Below the pieces are notes generated by a model. It did not search any database. It saw only the letters and a program-made list of their open reading frames with translations, and was not told the DNA's origin. Both the position numbers and the translations under genes were made by a program. Shown piece after piece: positions 52,147 to 64,000 of a stretch of DNA of 64,000 nucleotides. The number at the start of each line of letters is the position of its first letter. Within the stretch, counting starts at the first letter, position 1. The DNA is from Planctomycetota bacterium (GTDB lineage Bacteria; Planctomycetota; Planctomycetia; Planctomycetales; Planctomycetaceae), in the NCBI GenBank assembly GCA_963581585.1, contig CAUZPL010000010.1:16607-80606 (forward strand), in the 5' to 3' direction.

Positions 52147-53085
52147 TTAGGCGCCACGCACGAGAACTTGCATTGCGGCAGCGTTGATTTGGATGTTAAT
52201 CGGCAGTTGGCCGGCAATGTCACCATCTGTTTGCAGGGGAATCGCAGGGGAACGCCGGCCTTCTGCATCCAGGATCCGGGTTTCCGAGAGCGAAACATGC
52301 TGTGAGCGAAATCTTACTACATGTTGGTCATTCTGTGCTCGAAAAAGGCTGCGGACGGCATGGATTGCCGTGTGCATCAGAGAACGCTTCCTGAAAACAC
52401 AAATGTCCAGCTGACCATCGGTTGGGTCAGCATCGGGATTCAGCTGCAGACCGAATCCATATTCCCCGAAATTGCTCACGATAATATGCGAACCAGTGAC
52501 GGTGTTCCGGGTATCCGCATCCATCACGGTGATTTCCGGAAACCGGTAGCTGGCGAATGTCTGCAGAATTGGACGGATATACGTCCAGCGTCGAATGTGT
52601 CCGCTCCGTATGGCATGCAGACAACGAACAACTTCGGCATCGATTCCTGCACTGGCCATCAGCAGGAAACGATTCTCACCGGCCTGTGCCGTATCGAATC
52701 TTTCGACGTGTCCGGCCTCAATGACATCCGCCACCACCGAACCGTTGCACGGCATATTCAGATGGCGAGCGACTAAATTCTCCGTACCCATCGGAAGCAG
52801 GGCGATCACTCGGTTCGGGTGCCGATTGAACAGGCTGGCAACGGTTCCGTCACCACCTGCAGCGACAATACAGCGCAGGCGGCCATTGACATGTCCGCTG
52901 TTGATGAACTCGTCCAGCTGGTCACGATTGGAGAACATCCGCACACAAAGCTGGCGATTCCTGAGTTCGCGAATCAGCTCCAACAGAGCCTGGTGGCTCT
53001 TTCCTGCACCGGAAGTGCGGTTCCTCTGAATGACCACAAGATCACCAGCCACAGAGGACGGTGAGGTTTTAGGCTGCTGATTCAT
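52147..53085 (-). CDS. diacylglycerol/lipid kinase family protein (YegS/BmrU-like)
   Basis: The AAGGDGTV motif and overall DAGK catalytic-domain layout. Confidence 0.8.
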   Translation of the reverse strand: MNQQPKTSPSSVAGDLVVIQRNRTSGAGKSHQALLELIRELRNRQLCVRMFSNRDQLDEFINSGHVNGRLRCIVAAGGDGTVASLFNRHPNRVIALLPMGTENLVARHLNMPCNGSVVADVIEAGHVERFDTAQAGENRFLLMASAGIDAEVVRCLHAIRSGHIRRWTYIRPILQTFASYRFPEITVMDADTRNTVTGSHIIVSNFGEYGFGLQLNPDADPTDGQLDICVFRKRSLMHTAIHAVRSLFRAQNDQHVVRFRSQHVSLSETRILDAEGRRSPAIPLQTDGDIAGQLPINIQINAAAMQVLVRGA

Positions 53086-53244
53086 GACGACGACTCAGGC
53101 GACGGTCTGGAAAATACACATTTAGGCCGACAGTTCATTGTTCGGACCGGCCGATGACTGAATTGCTGGCTCGTGACGTGCGCGGCAGCGTCGCCGCATC
53201 CCTATTGACCCGAATGCGGACTCTGGCATGTAATCCCGATCGTG

Positions 53245-54417
53245 ATGTTCACAACGTTTGATCGATACTTGTTGGCCCGGATGCTGCACACGTTTGTCGT
53301 GTTCTTTGTAGCAACATACGGTCTTTACGTAGTGATCGATTTATTCACGAACATCGACGCCTTTCAGAGGGAAGCTCACAAAGCTGCGGACGCGACCACA
53401 CTGGCCGGGCTGCCGGAGTGGACCCAACAGGACCTGCTGCTGAAGATGACACAGCAGATCGGCGTGTACTACACGTTTCGGCTGAGTGATTTTCTGGAGA
53501 TGGCAGGGCCCATCCTTGTCACGATCTCCGTGGTAACCGTACTGGGCCTGCTCGAAAAATATTCGGAATCTCACCCTTTGCTGGCAGCCGGAATTCCTGC
53601 CTTTCGATTGCTGAGACCCATTCTGCTTGGGACAGCTGCACTGAATCTCCTGATCATTGCCAATCAGGAATTGGTCATGCCGGCAATTGCCGTCCAGTTA
53701 CAAACGTCCCGCGGAAAGGATCATGCGACAAAACAACAAGTCATTCCTGTCTACGATTACTCCAACCATATGATGTCCATCGACGGCGAATCAGTCTCCG
53801 TAGCCGAATCGCGGTTGGATGCCGCCACCTTCTATTTGACACCGGAGCTGGCCGAGGGTGGTTGTACGCTGCGAGCGGAATCCGCAGTCTATCTGCCCGC
53901 CAGTGCTGAACATCCGTCGGGATGGCTCCTGACCAACCAGACTGGAGTTTTTAACGCGCAGCTGCTTACGCAGGAAGGCCGGGAACGGATTATCCCTCGG
54001 CTTAACGGAAAGGACGTGTTTGTTGTTTCGGAAGTCAGTTTTGATCAACTGTACGACCAAGGCAGAAATCCCAAACTATTGTCTTCACTGCAGTTAGTGA
54101 AGAGGATCCGAAATCCTGCTACAGGGTCAGTGCCCGTTCGACGACAAAGTCTGGCATTACATGCCCGAATCACGCGACCTTTGCTGTCTCTGCTTTCCGC
54201 CGCAATTGCTCTCCCGTTGGTGATGCGAAAGGAATCAATGGGGTTGATTGTTAATCTCGCGATTTGCAGTCTTGTTCTTGTAGTGTCCTTTGGGATCGCT
54301 CAAGGCAGCCTGATGCTTGGCAATGCGGGACTAATTCGACCGGACGTAGCAGCATGGTTTCCCGTCGTGGTGACCGGCACGACCAGTGTCTGGACTGCGG
54401 GTTACGTTCAAACGTGA
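53245..54417 (+). CDS. LptF/LptG (YjgP/YjgQ) family permease
   Basis: MFTTFDRYLLARMLHTFVVFFVATYGLYVVIDLF N-terminus, three TM segments, a periplasmic beta-jellyroll-sized insert, then three more TM segments. Confidence 0.8.
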   Translation: MFTTFDRYLLARMLHTFVVFFVATYGLYVVIDLFTNIDAFQREAHKAADATTLAGLPEWTQQDLLLKMTQQIGVYYTFRLSDFLEMAGPILVTISVVTVLGLLEKYSESHPLLAAGIPAFRLLRPILLGTAALNLLIIANQELVMPAIAVQLQTSRGKDHATKQQVIPVYDYSNHMMSIDGESVSVAESRLDAATFYLTPELAEGGCTLRAESAVYLPASAEHPSGWLLTNQTGVFNAQLLTQEGRERIIPRLNGKDVFVVSEVSFDQLYDQGRNPKLLSSLQLVKRIRNPATGSVPVRRQSLALHARITRPLLSLLSAAIALPLVMRKESMGLIVNLAICSLVLVVSFGIAQGSLMLGNAGLIRPDVAAWFPVVVTGTTSVWTAGYVQT

Positions 54418-54748
54418 GGTTTTTGCCCCGTCAGCCAGCGCCCGTTCAGTCGTTTCACGGACTGGACGACAGACCGAGCATCGCAGGATCTTCGGATGTC
54501 AACTTGCGCATGACTCACGCACCAGAATATGCCCCGTCGCCCGATTCATCTGTTCTGGCGAGGTCCTTCGGGACGACTCTGCCGGTTATGCCGGTTTTTT
54601 CTAACTTTCCGGTCAAATCGAGTCGATAACAGGGACGTGAGTGCGGGTTTTTCGCACCCACGGCTGTTCTTTGACATCCCAATCAGAAATCATGATCCGA
54701 TGCGAATCGTATTCGGCTATTGTGTGCCGTGAAGCTATTTGAACTGTC

Positions 54749-54778
54749 TTGACAGTAAGTCGTTCGCAATCATACAGT
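54749..54778 (+). promoter_or_regulatory. candidate sigma70-like promoter for the HU/IHF gene
   Basis: Perfect TTGACA (54749-54754), an 18-nt spacer, then TACAGT (54773-54778), about 60 nt upstream of GTG 54839. This is a motif match only. Confidence 0.3.
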
Positions 54779-54838
54779 TGAGTCAGATCGGCGACAGCTG
54801 ACGGTGACTCAGAGAGCCTTTCTCGGGAGACGATTTTC

Positions 54839-55294
54839 GTGACCAAGAAAGAGATTGTGAAGGCGATATCGGAAGAGCTGGGACTCACTCAGCTGAAGAC
54901 CAAGGAAATCGTACAGAAGACTTTCGATGCCATTGTGGAAACACTCGTCACTGACCATCGCATTGAACTGCGGAACTTCGGCGTTTTTGAAGTAAAAAAG
55001 CGGGCTGCTCGTAAAGCTCGAAACCCACGAACCGGTGGGCAGGTACAAGTTCCCGCCAAGTTTGTAGTGACGTTCAAACCTGGCAAGGAGATGGAGGAAC
55101 GTGTGAGGGAGTTGGAAATGGCGGAAAATGCACGTTTGCAGTCAGCTGCTACAGATTCCTCGCGGGCACTTGGACAGTTCTCAGCTGGTTCCCAAGGCCA
55201 GGTGTCCTCTGCGTATTCCCAAGGGACGAGTAATTCACGGGGACCAGGATACGGTACCGATCCAGCTTCAAAGCAATCCGGGTTTAGCTCCTGA
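54839..55294 (+). CDS. HU/IHF family DNA-binding protein with low-complexity C-terminal extension
   Basis: [36 protein letters not shown]...[30 protein letters not shown] is the HU/IHF fold. A Ser/Gly/Gln-rich tail of about 55 aa follows. Confidence 0.85.
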   Translation: MTKKEIVKAISEELGLTQLKTKEIVQKTFDAIVETLVTDHRIELRNFGVFEVKKRAARKARNPRTGGQVQVPAKFVVTFKPGKEMEERVRELEMAENARLQSAATDSSRALGQFSAGSQGQVSSAYSQGTSNSRGPGYGTDPASKQSGFSS

Positions 55295-55448
55295 ATTGTA
55301 ACTCTCGGAATTCCGTCGCCACATTCGCAGCAGATCATGCTTTCTGATCGGGGTCAGCAGCCCGTTTTGAAATCCGGACTGTCGGATCTGAAAAAGAGAT
55401 CTCTTGTCGTCGGCTGCACAAAGCAGCTGGAGTCCAGGGAAGGACGCA

Positions 55449-55676
55449 ATGATGAAGCTGCGAAAACGTCTACTGTCAATGCTGTTACTGGTTTGTACTG
55501 CCGCCAGTTTCGGCTGTGCGATGCCAATCTGGAGCCCATCACCCGACATTCGCGCTCGCCAGTTGATCTATTCTTCGGAAGGACTTCGACACATCCCGGA
55601 AATCTGGGAACGTGTCTGGGGGCTTGAGCTTCCGGATTTGGCGACACCCTATCGTGTTCACGGCGGCGTCATTTGA
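55449..55676 (+). CDS. small hypothetical lipoprotein
   Basis: MMKLRKRLLSMLLLVCTAASFGCA carries a lipobox (SFGC). About 75 aa. ATG 55449 was verified. Confidence 0.5.
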   Translation: MMKLRKRLLSMLLLVCTAASFGCAMPIWSPSPDIRARQLIYSSEGLRHIPEIWERVWGLELPDLATPYRVHGGVI

Positions 55677-55928
55677 TACCAGCCGGGATGATTCGACACG
55701 TCGAGGCCGCTGGTCAGACGAATCCAGCGAGTCGGTTTGGTACATTGCCAGTCTTGCATGACAGAAATCATGGCCCAGGGCTGGATTGAAGGCAGCGACG
55801 AAAGCCCGGCATTATGGCCTGCTTCCTCCAAACCCATCGCCCCGATTGATCATTGACAGATCAATGGCCGTGATGAGGGGGCTGTCCTGCCACGGGAGTC
55901 CGGCGGAACTGCGGATTTGGAGATTGAA

Positions 55929-57230
55929 TCACTGGCTGACGGGTGGTGAACCCGAATCAAACCGCAGGTTGTTCGGCTGATTTGCCTTGACCCATTCGGC
56001 GGCATTGTTAATCAACGCCTGATCGATGTTCGCAGGATTGTCAAGCATCGCGAGACAGATTGGAAGGACCTGATCATAGGCATGCCGTATGAGCTCCGAA
56101 CGAGGCGCTCGGTTCAGCATTCCATCGTCAGGTTGTTGACCTAGTCGTGCTGGTTCCTCGTGATGAAATGCCAAAAACAGCTCCAGGCTGCACGTTCCCC
56201 AGAATTTATTCCCTGAGTCTCGGTTGTAGGCTTCACCCATTTCAGCTGCCAGCTGCGCCACCTTCCACGCCAGCGGCTCAAGGTCAATCCGCTGATCGGT
56301 ACCCACGCTCCCTAATGCTCCCGCGGCACTGCAGCGGACGACCGGTTCACGTTCTTCGTCCTGCATGACAGACACCAGCATTTCAATCACAACAGGCCTG
56401 GGATTGACACCGACCACTTCTCTGGCCGCGCGAATTCGCGACAAAGCATCGATCATATGGAGCTGGTAGGCTGTCGCTGGCAGCCAGGATTTCAGTTCAT
56501 CCCGAATCGCGAGGGCAAATTTCATTTCAATTTGTGCGCCAGGATTCACGTTTTCCAGATAATGCGCAATGCTTTCCGTTGCTCTCAATTTGATTGCATC
56601 CGGTTGCTGTTCGTCCAGAAGAACTTCAACCAGCACATCGGCAGCTTCATCAAGGATTCGGCGTTGCCTGCCGTTAGTGTTTGTTTCCAGCGCGGGGATC
56701 AATTCAATGGCGAGTGAACGAGCCTGGAAATTATTCTCAAGCAGGTCTTTCAATAGTTTGAGTGTCTCGGTGCAGACAAGGTGACGGAATTCTTCCCTCT
56801 CTTTGCGACCTGGGATATTCTGACCGGCAAGGTGGAGGACATTTTGTCGTAGCCGCTTTTTAACTCCCTGAAACGCAGATTGATTGGTTTTCAACTCGGC
56901 GTTTGTCGCTCTGTAAATCTCCCATTTCAGGCCCTCCTGCAGGGCCTGAAATTCGGGTGACCCCTGGCGCGTCCCGCTTCGCATCACGTCCCGGAACGCA
57001 TCCTCCTGCCTTCTCGTCCGCGGTTTGATTGTGGTGGCCAGATTATCGTTTATCTGCCTCACCTGCTGTACTTTTCGGCGCTGCTCGCCATTATACCTTT
57101 CGCGTTCTGTAGCGGTCTCCTGCGCAATGGTGTCGGCCGTCGTGATCACAGTTGCGAGAAGAGCCACGAGCAGGGCCACGAGCAGGGCTACCCTGTACGA
57201 ATTGAGACGCACGTCGTGAGTCCGAGCCAT
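55929..57230 (-). CDS. hypothetical membrane-anchored/secreted helical-repeat (HEAT-like) protein
   Basis: 433-aa ORF with the N-terminal anchor RVALLVALLVALLATVITT. The body is all-helical and repeat-like. No family recognised. Confidence 0.6.
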   Translation of the reverse strand: MARTHDVRLNSYRVALLVALLVALLATVITTADTIAQETATERERYNGEQRRKVQQVRQINDNLATTIKPRTRRQEDAFRDVMRSGTRQGSPEFQALQEGLKWEIYRATNAELKTNQSAFQGVKKRLRQNVLHLAGQNIPGRKEREEFRHLVCTETLKLLKDLLENNFQARSLAIELIPALETNTNGRQRRILDEAADVLVEVLLDEQQPDAIKLRATESIAHYLENVNPGAQIEMKFALAIRDELKSWLPATAYQLHMIDALSRIRAAREVVGVNPRPVVIEMLVSVMQDEEREPVVRCSAAGALGSVGTDQRIDLEPLAWKVAQLAAEMGEAYNRDSGNKFWGTCSLELFLAFHHEEPARLGQQPDDGMLNRAPRSELIRHAYDQVLPICLAMLDNPANIDQALINNAAEWVKANQPNNLRFDSGSPPVSQ

Positions 57231-58155
57231 AAGATTCCATCCAACCTGTGAGACGTCAGTGTCTCGCGATTGTTATAGGGGAGCACGCATCAACTACGCA
57301 GATTCCCGCGGGACTGCCGAGGCAGTCAATATCAACGAATTGCGTCACGCCAAGTGGTCAACACTGACGAAGCTGTGACGTCTGGACAGGATCGTAAAAC
57401 AGATAAAGTTAAAAAGCAGAGAATGAACAATGACATTTTGAACGATTTACGTCCAGAAAGACAGGTCGAACGCAACAATAAATCGCAGGGATTTTTGGGG
57501 AATGCCGGGTGAACTAATAAGAACGGTTACTCAGGAAAGTCACGGGGAACCGGCAATGGACCTAATGACCCCACAGAAGTCAAAAAACGAGACCTATTGG
57601 CCCGACTCGCCTGAACCATTGTTTCCGCATCTTCTACAGCTGAAAGCAAACAAATCGCTGAGGTCTCTGACGGGAACTACCGAACGTCGTACTGATTAGT
57701 TCAAAGAAGGTCCGCCTTCCCACCAGGGATTCGATTCACAGATTCGTCGGAAGAGACCATAAATTGCACTTTCAGCGTGGAGCGGCGGTCACAGCTGCGA
57801 CAGATTCAACTCGTGTGCACCCACTGCCCGCTATTCGAGCTGTTCTAACAGCAGCAGCTCAAAACTCTGAGGCAAACTCATTTCGGCCATGGTGCGGCTC
57901 GGAGCCGGCCAATTCAGTGACGGATCCCGTCGCTGCCCTTAGATAAACATTGCTGCCGGTGCAGACACGGACTGCCGACATCCGTGGTTTCGGCGCTGGG
58001 ACTCATGCGCCCCAACTGTGGGAAAGAAATAACGCGTCTGCACCGCTCTTTAACTGAGCAAATGGCACCGTTAAACTCCCTCGGCTCTGTGATGAGGGTG
58101 ACGTTGCCGGCATCGTTCGCATAGAGCTGACGTGGTTGATTTCAGAGAGTCCGCG

Positions 58156-58443
58156 ATGGTTGAAGACTCAACAACTCGTCGACGCAGTCGTAGTGCCCAA
58201 GTGGTTCAGGCATATCGCGACTCTCACGAAATCATGTCAGCAGCGCTGTCGATCGCGGTCTGTGCGGGTGGCGGTTATTGGTTGGATTTGAAATACGGCT
58301 GGAAGCCGCTGTTGACGATTTTAGGCGTGGCGGTCGGCTGTCTGATGGCAGTCGTATTGCTTCGCCGGCTGCTGGTTCGACTCGATCAACGGTCAATGGA
58401 CCAGCAAAATGGATCGTCGTCACAACGTGCTTCCAAAAAGTGA
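58156..58443 (+). CDS. AtpZ/AtpI family small membrane protein (ATP synthase operon leader gene)
   Basis: MSAALSIAVCAGGGYWLDLKYGWKPLLTILGVAVGCLMAVVLL is the two-TM AtpZ pattern, and the gene sits directly upstream of the F-type atp genes. The ORF opens at GTG 58132; ATG 58156 is preferred. Confidence 0.7.
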   Translation: MVEDSTTRRRSRSAQVVQAYRDSHEIMSAALSIAVCAGGGYWLDLKYGWKPLLTILGVAVGCLMAVVLLRRLLVRLDQRSMDQQNGSSSQRASKK

Positions 58444-58538
58444 CAGAACAACTGAAGGACAGCGTTTTCAAATCGGTAGTCGTCTCGACGATGGCAGTTG
58501 CCATTGGGTGAGTTGTCTGTTTTTGGTCCACTCGAACG

Positions 58539-59132
58539 GTGAACGGCCACCTTGGCGTTTTTTGGATGTCGGTCGCCGCAATCTGTTGTTTGATCCCGGG
58601 ATGGATCGTTGTGTGCCTGTCCGGACTCTCGATCTTTACGCAGATTACTGGCTCGCCTCCACCGGAAATCACACCCGGTGCAGGCTCGGGAAAAGCGACG
58701 TCCCAGCAGAACTTCAGCCCTTTTCGGCAGGCATTATTTCTCACTGTGGTGATCACAGTGGGCTGGATTGTTTGTTTTTGGCCAGCGCGGAATTTCGGAG
58801 GTGGCTCCGGAGTTTTGTGGATGTCGATCGCGGCAGCGGCCTGTCTTGGGCCTGGATGGATCGTTGTGTTTCTTCCAGGCGTCGCAATCTTCTCCAGCGA
58901 TCTGGCAGTAATGCTGGTTCAAACGATGGTACGACTGATGTCTGTTTCTGTTGTTGCCGTCGTGGTTAAGAAGATGCATCCCGAACTTGGGTTTGTCGAT
59001 TTTTTCGGCTGGCTGGTCGGGTTTTATTTTTTGGCACTACTCACTGAAGTTTGGTTGCTGTTTCGACAACGAAGCCCTAGTCAGTCGGTGGCGTCCGTTT
59101 CGGATACCGAAGCAAATCGCAGTTCAGGATAG
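58539..59132 (+). CDS. AtpI-like polytopic membrane protein, internally duplicated; intact ORF is probably N-terminally truncated by an in-frame TGA at 58509
   Basis: It occupies the slot between atpZ and atpB. It is hydrophobic throughout, and two ~46-aa repeats are visible. Protein-level similarity continues upstream through a TGA back to GTG 58440; see the finding at 58440-58900. Confidence 0.6.
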   Translation: MNGHLGVFWMSVAAICCLIPGWIVVCLSGLSIFTQITGSPPPEITPGAGSGKATSQQNFSPFRQALFLTVVITVGWIVCFWPARNFGGGSGVLWMSIAAAACLGPGWIVVFLPGVAIFSSDLAVMLVQTMVRLMSVSVVAVVVKKMHPELGFVDFFGWLVGFYFLALLTEVWLLFRQRSPSQSVASVSDTEANRSSG

Positions 59133-59161
59133 GTCATCACCAGGAAGCGAATCGCGTTTTA

Positions 59162-60034
59162 ATGAGCGCCGAACACGAAGTTGACAATTTTCACCACGTC
59201 CGGGATGCAGCGGGCTTCGACATTCCTCGCGGATTGCCGGGTCCGTCCGGCCACGGAACACTGGATATTCATTTGCCGGAGATCTTTGGCTGGCAGATAA
59301 CGAAGTTCATGGTACTGCAGGTTGTTGCGGCAGTGGTTGTGTTTTTTATTTTTCGTGGTTTGGCTCGACGGATTCAGAATGGAGAGCCCGCGAAGGGCCG
59401 GTTCTGGAATTTCTGGGAAGCCATTGCCCTGTATATTCGAGACGAAGTGGTTCGGCCCACGATTGGTGATCATGGGCATGGTAATGATGCTCATGACGGC
59501 CATCCGGCTGATCGGTATCTGCCGTTCATCTGGAGTTGTTTTTTCTACATATTGATCTGCAATTTGCTGGGTGCAGTTCCATGGCTGGGTTCCGCGACCG
59601 GGAACATCAACGTCACCGGCGCATTGGCAGTTTGTGCATTTGTGGCCACGGTGATATATGGATTCAAGGCCATGGGGCCGGCCGGTTTTTTTGGGAACAT
59701 GCGACCGGATACCGGTATTGGAGGATGGATCGGCACAGGAATTTCTTACTTTATTTTTGTAATTGAAGTCTTCGGTTTTTTTGTCAAGCACGGCGTGCTG
59801 GCAGTTCGTCTGTTTGCAAACATGATGGGTGGTCACACCGTCGTGGCGGTAATACTCGGGTTCATCGCGGCCGCAGCCACCGGCAACAGTTTCCTGTGGG
59901 GAGTAGTGACGATTGGCAGTGTGTTTGGTCAGGTGTTGATTGGTCTGCTTGAATTGTTTGTTGCTTTCCTGCAGGCCTATGTGTTTGTATTTTTGGCAAC
60001 AATCTTCCTTGCTGGTGCCGTGCACGAACACTAG
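59162..60034 (+). CDS. atpB: F0F1 ATP synthase subunit a
   Basis: 290-aa polytopic protein with the conserved stator Arg region LAVRLFANMMGGH. Confidence 0.9.
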   Translation: MSAEHEVDNFHHVRDAAGFDIPRGLPGPSGHGTLDIHLPEIFGWQITKFMVLQVVAAVVVFFIFRGLARRIQNGEPAKGRFWNFWEAIALYIRDEVVRPTIGDHGHGNDAHDGHPADRYLPFIWSCFFYILICNLLGAVPWLGSATGNINVTGALAVCAFVATVIYGFKAMGPAGFFGNMRPDTGIGGWIGTGISYFIFVIEVFGFFVKHGVLAVRLFANMMGGHTVVAVILGFIAAAATGNSFLWGVVTIGSVFGQVLIGLLELFVAFLQAYVFVFLATIFLAGAVHEH

Positions 60035-60090
60035 ATCCATCAGTTGTCTCAGCCAATGGGCTGGCTGTTTGGTCTGGCCATTGGAATTAA

Positions 60091-60414
<324 letters not shown>

Positions 60415-60498
60415 ATTCGATTGTGTCTCGGCGACGTGCGGGTTTCCTGCTGTCGAATGTCTGTCCGTTTTTCCATAGCTGGCTGGCTTGGTTTTACT

Positions 60499-61143
60499 AT
60501 GTTGCGACAGTTCGTTTTTGGATTATCGCGTGCACTGATCGTGGTGGTCGTGATTGCGTGCTCTGCAGCGAGTTGCCCTGAGCTTGCCGCTGACGATTCG
60601 GTTGCGGCTGAGAATGAGGATTCCAGCCATGGTGACGAGGAGACTCACGAAACAGGCGTTCCGATCGGTTTCAAGTTCGATCTTGCACTTTGGTCTTTGG
60701 TCGTCTTTCTGATCTTCCTGTTTGTTCTGAAGAAAACAGCCTGGAGACCACTGATTGAAGGGCTGGATAAGCGTGAAGCCGGTATCAGAGCTGTGATAGC
60801 CGAAGCTGAAGAAAGCCGGCGAAAGTCTCAGGCGGCGCTTGCCGAGTACGAAGAAAAACTTCATGCCGCCGAGCAGACGGTTGCTGAAATGGTTGCAGAA
60901 GCCAAACGCGATGCAGAACGCACCAGCCAGGATATTGTGGCCAAGGCTCAGGCTGAGGTTGAGTCGATTCGGGAACGGGCGAAAGAAGACATCGGCCGAG
61001 CCAAAGACGCGGCTCTGACAGAAGTCTTTAGCACCGTCAACAGTCAGGTTGCCCTGGCCACAGAACACGTTCTGGGTCGGGCACTGAATGATGGTGATCA
61101 GGAACGACTGATTCAGGAAGCTCTGTCGGGAATCTCCGGCTAA
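60499..61143 (+). CDS. atpF: F0F1 ATP synthase subunit b, with N-terminal extension
   Basis: The canonical b-subunit TM plus LKKTAWRPLIEGLDKREAGIRAVIAEAEESRRK coiled coil. The start is ambiguous (60421, 60457 or 60499). Confidence 0.8.
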   Translation: MLRQFVFGLSRALIVVVVIACSAASCPELAADDSVAAENEDSSHGDEETHETGVPIGFKFDLALWSLVVFLIFLFVLKKTAWRPLIEGLDKREAGIRAVIAEAEESRRKSQAALAEYEEKLHAAEQTVAEMVAEAKRDAERTSQDIVAKAQAEVESIRERAKEDIGRAKDAALTEVFSTVNSQVALATEHVLGRALNDGDQERLIQEALSGISG

Positions 61144-61192
61144 GGATTCCCGCGCATTCGCCGTCCGGTGAAATGGTGATTCTGAGGTGTCT

Positions 61193-63293
<2,101 letters not shown>

Positions 63294-63551
63294 AGACGGT
63301 TTGACTCTTCCTGGAGTTGAGTTTCGTCGGCCGCGGAGCGGTGACAGCGTGCAGACCTGGGCGCAAGCCCGGGAAAACATAACATTGAAAAACAGATGAG
63401 CCCCGGAAGGGTGACACAGGACCATCGCCGACAGTCTGATGCTCCTCTACGGCTGCGGAATCATTCCAAATTCTGACCTCGGGCTGACGCACGCGGCTGC
63501 AAACTGCCGTCCTTTCGGACGGAACAAAGAACGAATCTGGCGACGTAACAC

Positions 63552-64000
63552 ATGGCTAACGCACGCTCACTCGTAAAACGTCTTAAGTCGGTCCGCAATA
63601 TCCGCAAGATTACGCGCACGATGGAGCTGATTGCGACTGGCCGTTTCAAGAAGGCGATGGATCGCGCCACCGAAGCGGCCGCCTATACAAAAAAGATCTC
63701 CGAGATCGTCGGAGATCTTGGCAGGGCAGACCTGAAGTTTTCTCACCCGCTGCTGGCGGAACGGCCCGAAGTAAAGAAGTCTGTTCTTCTGGTTCTGACC
63801 TCCAATCGTGGTTTGTGTGGAGGATATAACGGAGCTGTTCTTCGAAATACGCTGCGTCAAATGAAGCAGCTTCAGGAAGACGGCGTCGAGTACACACTGG
63901 AGGTCTCCGGGAAACGGGGCATCAAGTTCCTGAACTTCCAGAAGATTGATCTTGACCGTACGTACACCCATTTTGAAGACCGGCCCACGTTTGCGGAAGT
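63552..64000 (+). CDS. atpG: F0F1 ATP synthase subunit gamma (5' part, truncated by window edge)
   Basis: My own translation from ATG 63552 gives MANARSLVKRLKSVRNIRKITRTMELIATGRFKKA...LTSNRGLCGGYN, the canonical gamma N-terminus. The reading frame is open to the end of the window. Confidence 0.85.
   Translation, partial: MANARSLVKRLKSVRNIRKITRTMELIATGRFKKAMDRATEAAAYTKKISEIVGDLGRADLKFSHPLLAERPEVKKSVLLVLTSNRGLCGGYNGAVLRNTLRQMKQLQEDGVEYTLEVSGKRGIKFLNFQKIDLDRTYTHFEDRPTFAE

Noticed and set aside
57502-57946. 65-aa and 60-aa ORFs upstream of the atp operon.
   Set aside because: They have rare-looking codons (cta, ata, aga early in the frame), no SD and no recognisable family. They are treated as non-coding within the unassigned-region finding.
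58509-58560. Selenocysteine insertion at the in-frame TGA of the AtpI-like gene.
   Set aside because: The aligned residue in the paralogous repeat is Trp, not Cys, and I could not draw a convincing SECIS-type hairpin at the expected distance downstream.

Overview
This window reads as core chromosome of a Planctomycetota-type bacterium. The pointers are a DUF1501 protein, a DUF1559 protein with a prepilin-like N-terminus, many lipobox proteins, long intergenic gaps and roughly mid-50s %GC. I can support about 50 protein-coding genes on both strands, most of them housekeeping. They include sppA, lnt, ptsI, an RNase E/G-family gene, rplU, serC, prs, mutS, ffh, rpsP-trmD-rplS, parB, trpG/pabA, ftsY, a UvrD-like helicase, an Xer recombinase, an LptF/G permease and an HU/IHF protein. 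The start of an F1Fo ATP synthase operon (atpZ, atpI-like, atpB, atpE, atpF, atpH, atpA, atpG partial) runs off the 3' edge. By eye I found no rRNA, tRNA, CRISPR array, transposase or prophage. I do not see a convincing multi-gene novel system. The best leads are single-locus oddities. (1) An in-frame TGA falls exactly where the paralogous repeat has Trp, inside an internally duplicated membrane protein between atpZ and atpB. (2) An ABC exporter-type protein has a nucleotide-binding domain in which Walker A, Q-loop, signature and Walker B all depart from consensus. (3) A small Flp/pilin-like ORF carries a Cys-rich tail and sits in a gene-poor, hairpin-rich region next to parB. (4) A secreted protein combines an unknown N-terminal domain with a C-terminal PASTA domain. 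(5) Several 450-900 bp regions have no assignable gene. All family assignments rest on motif recognition from the translations; no database search was possible.
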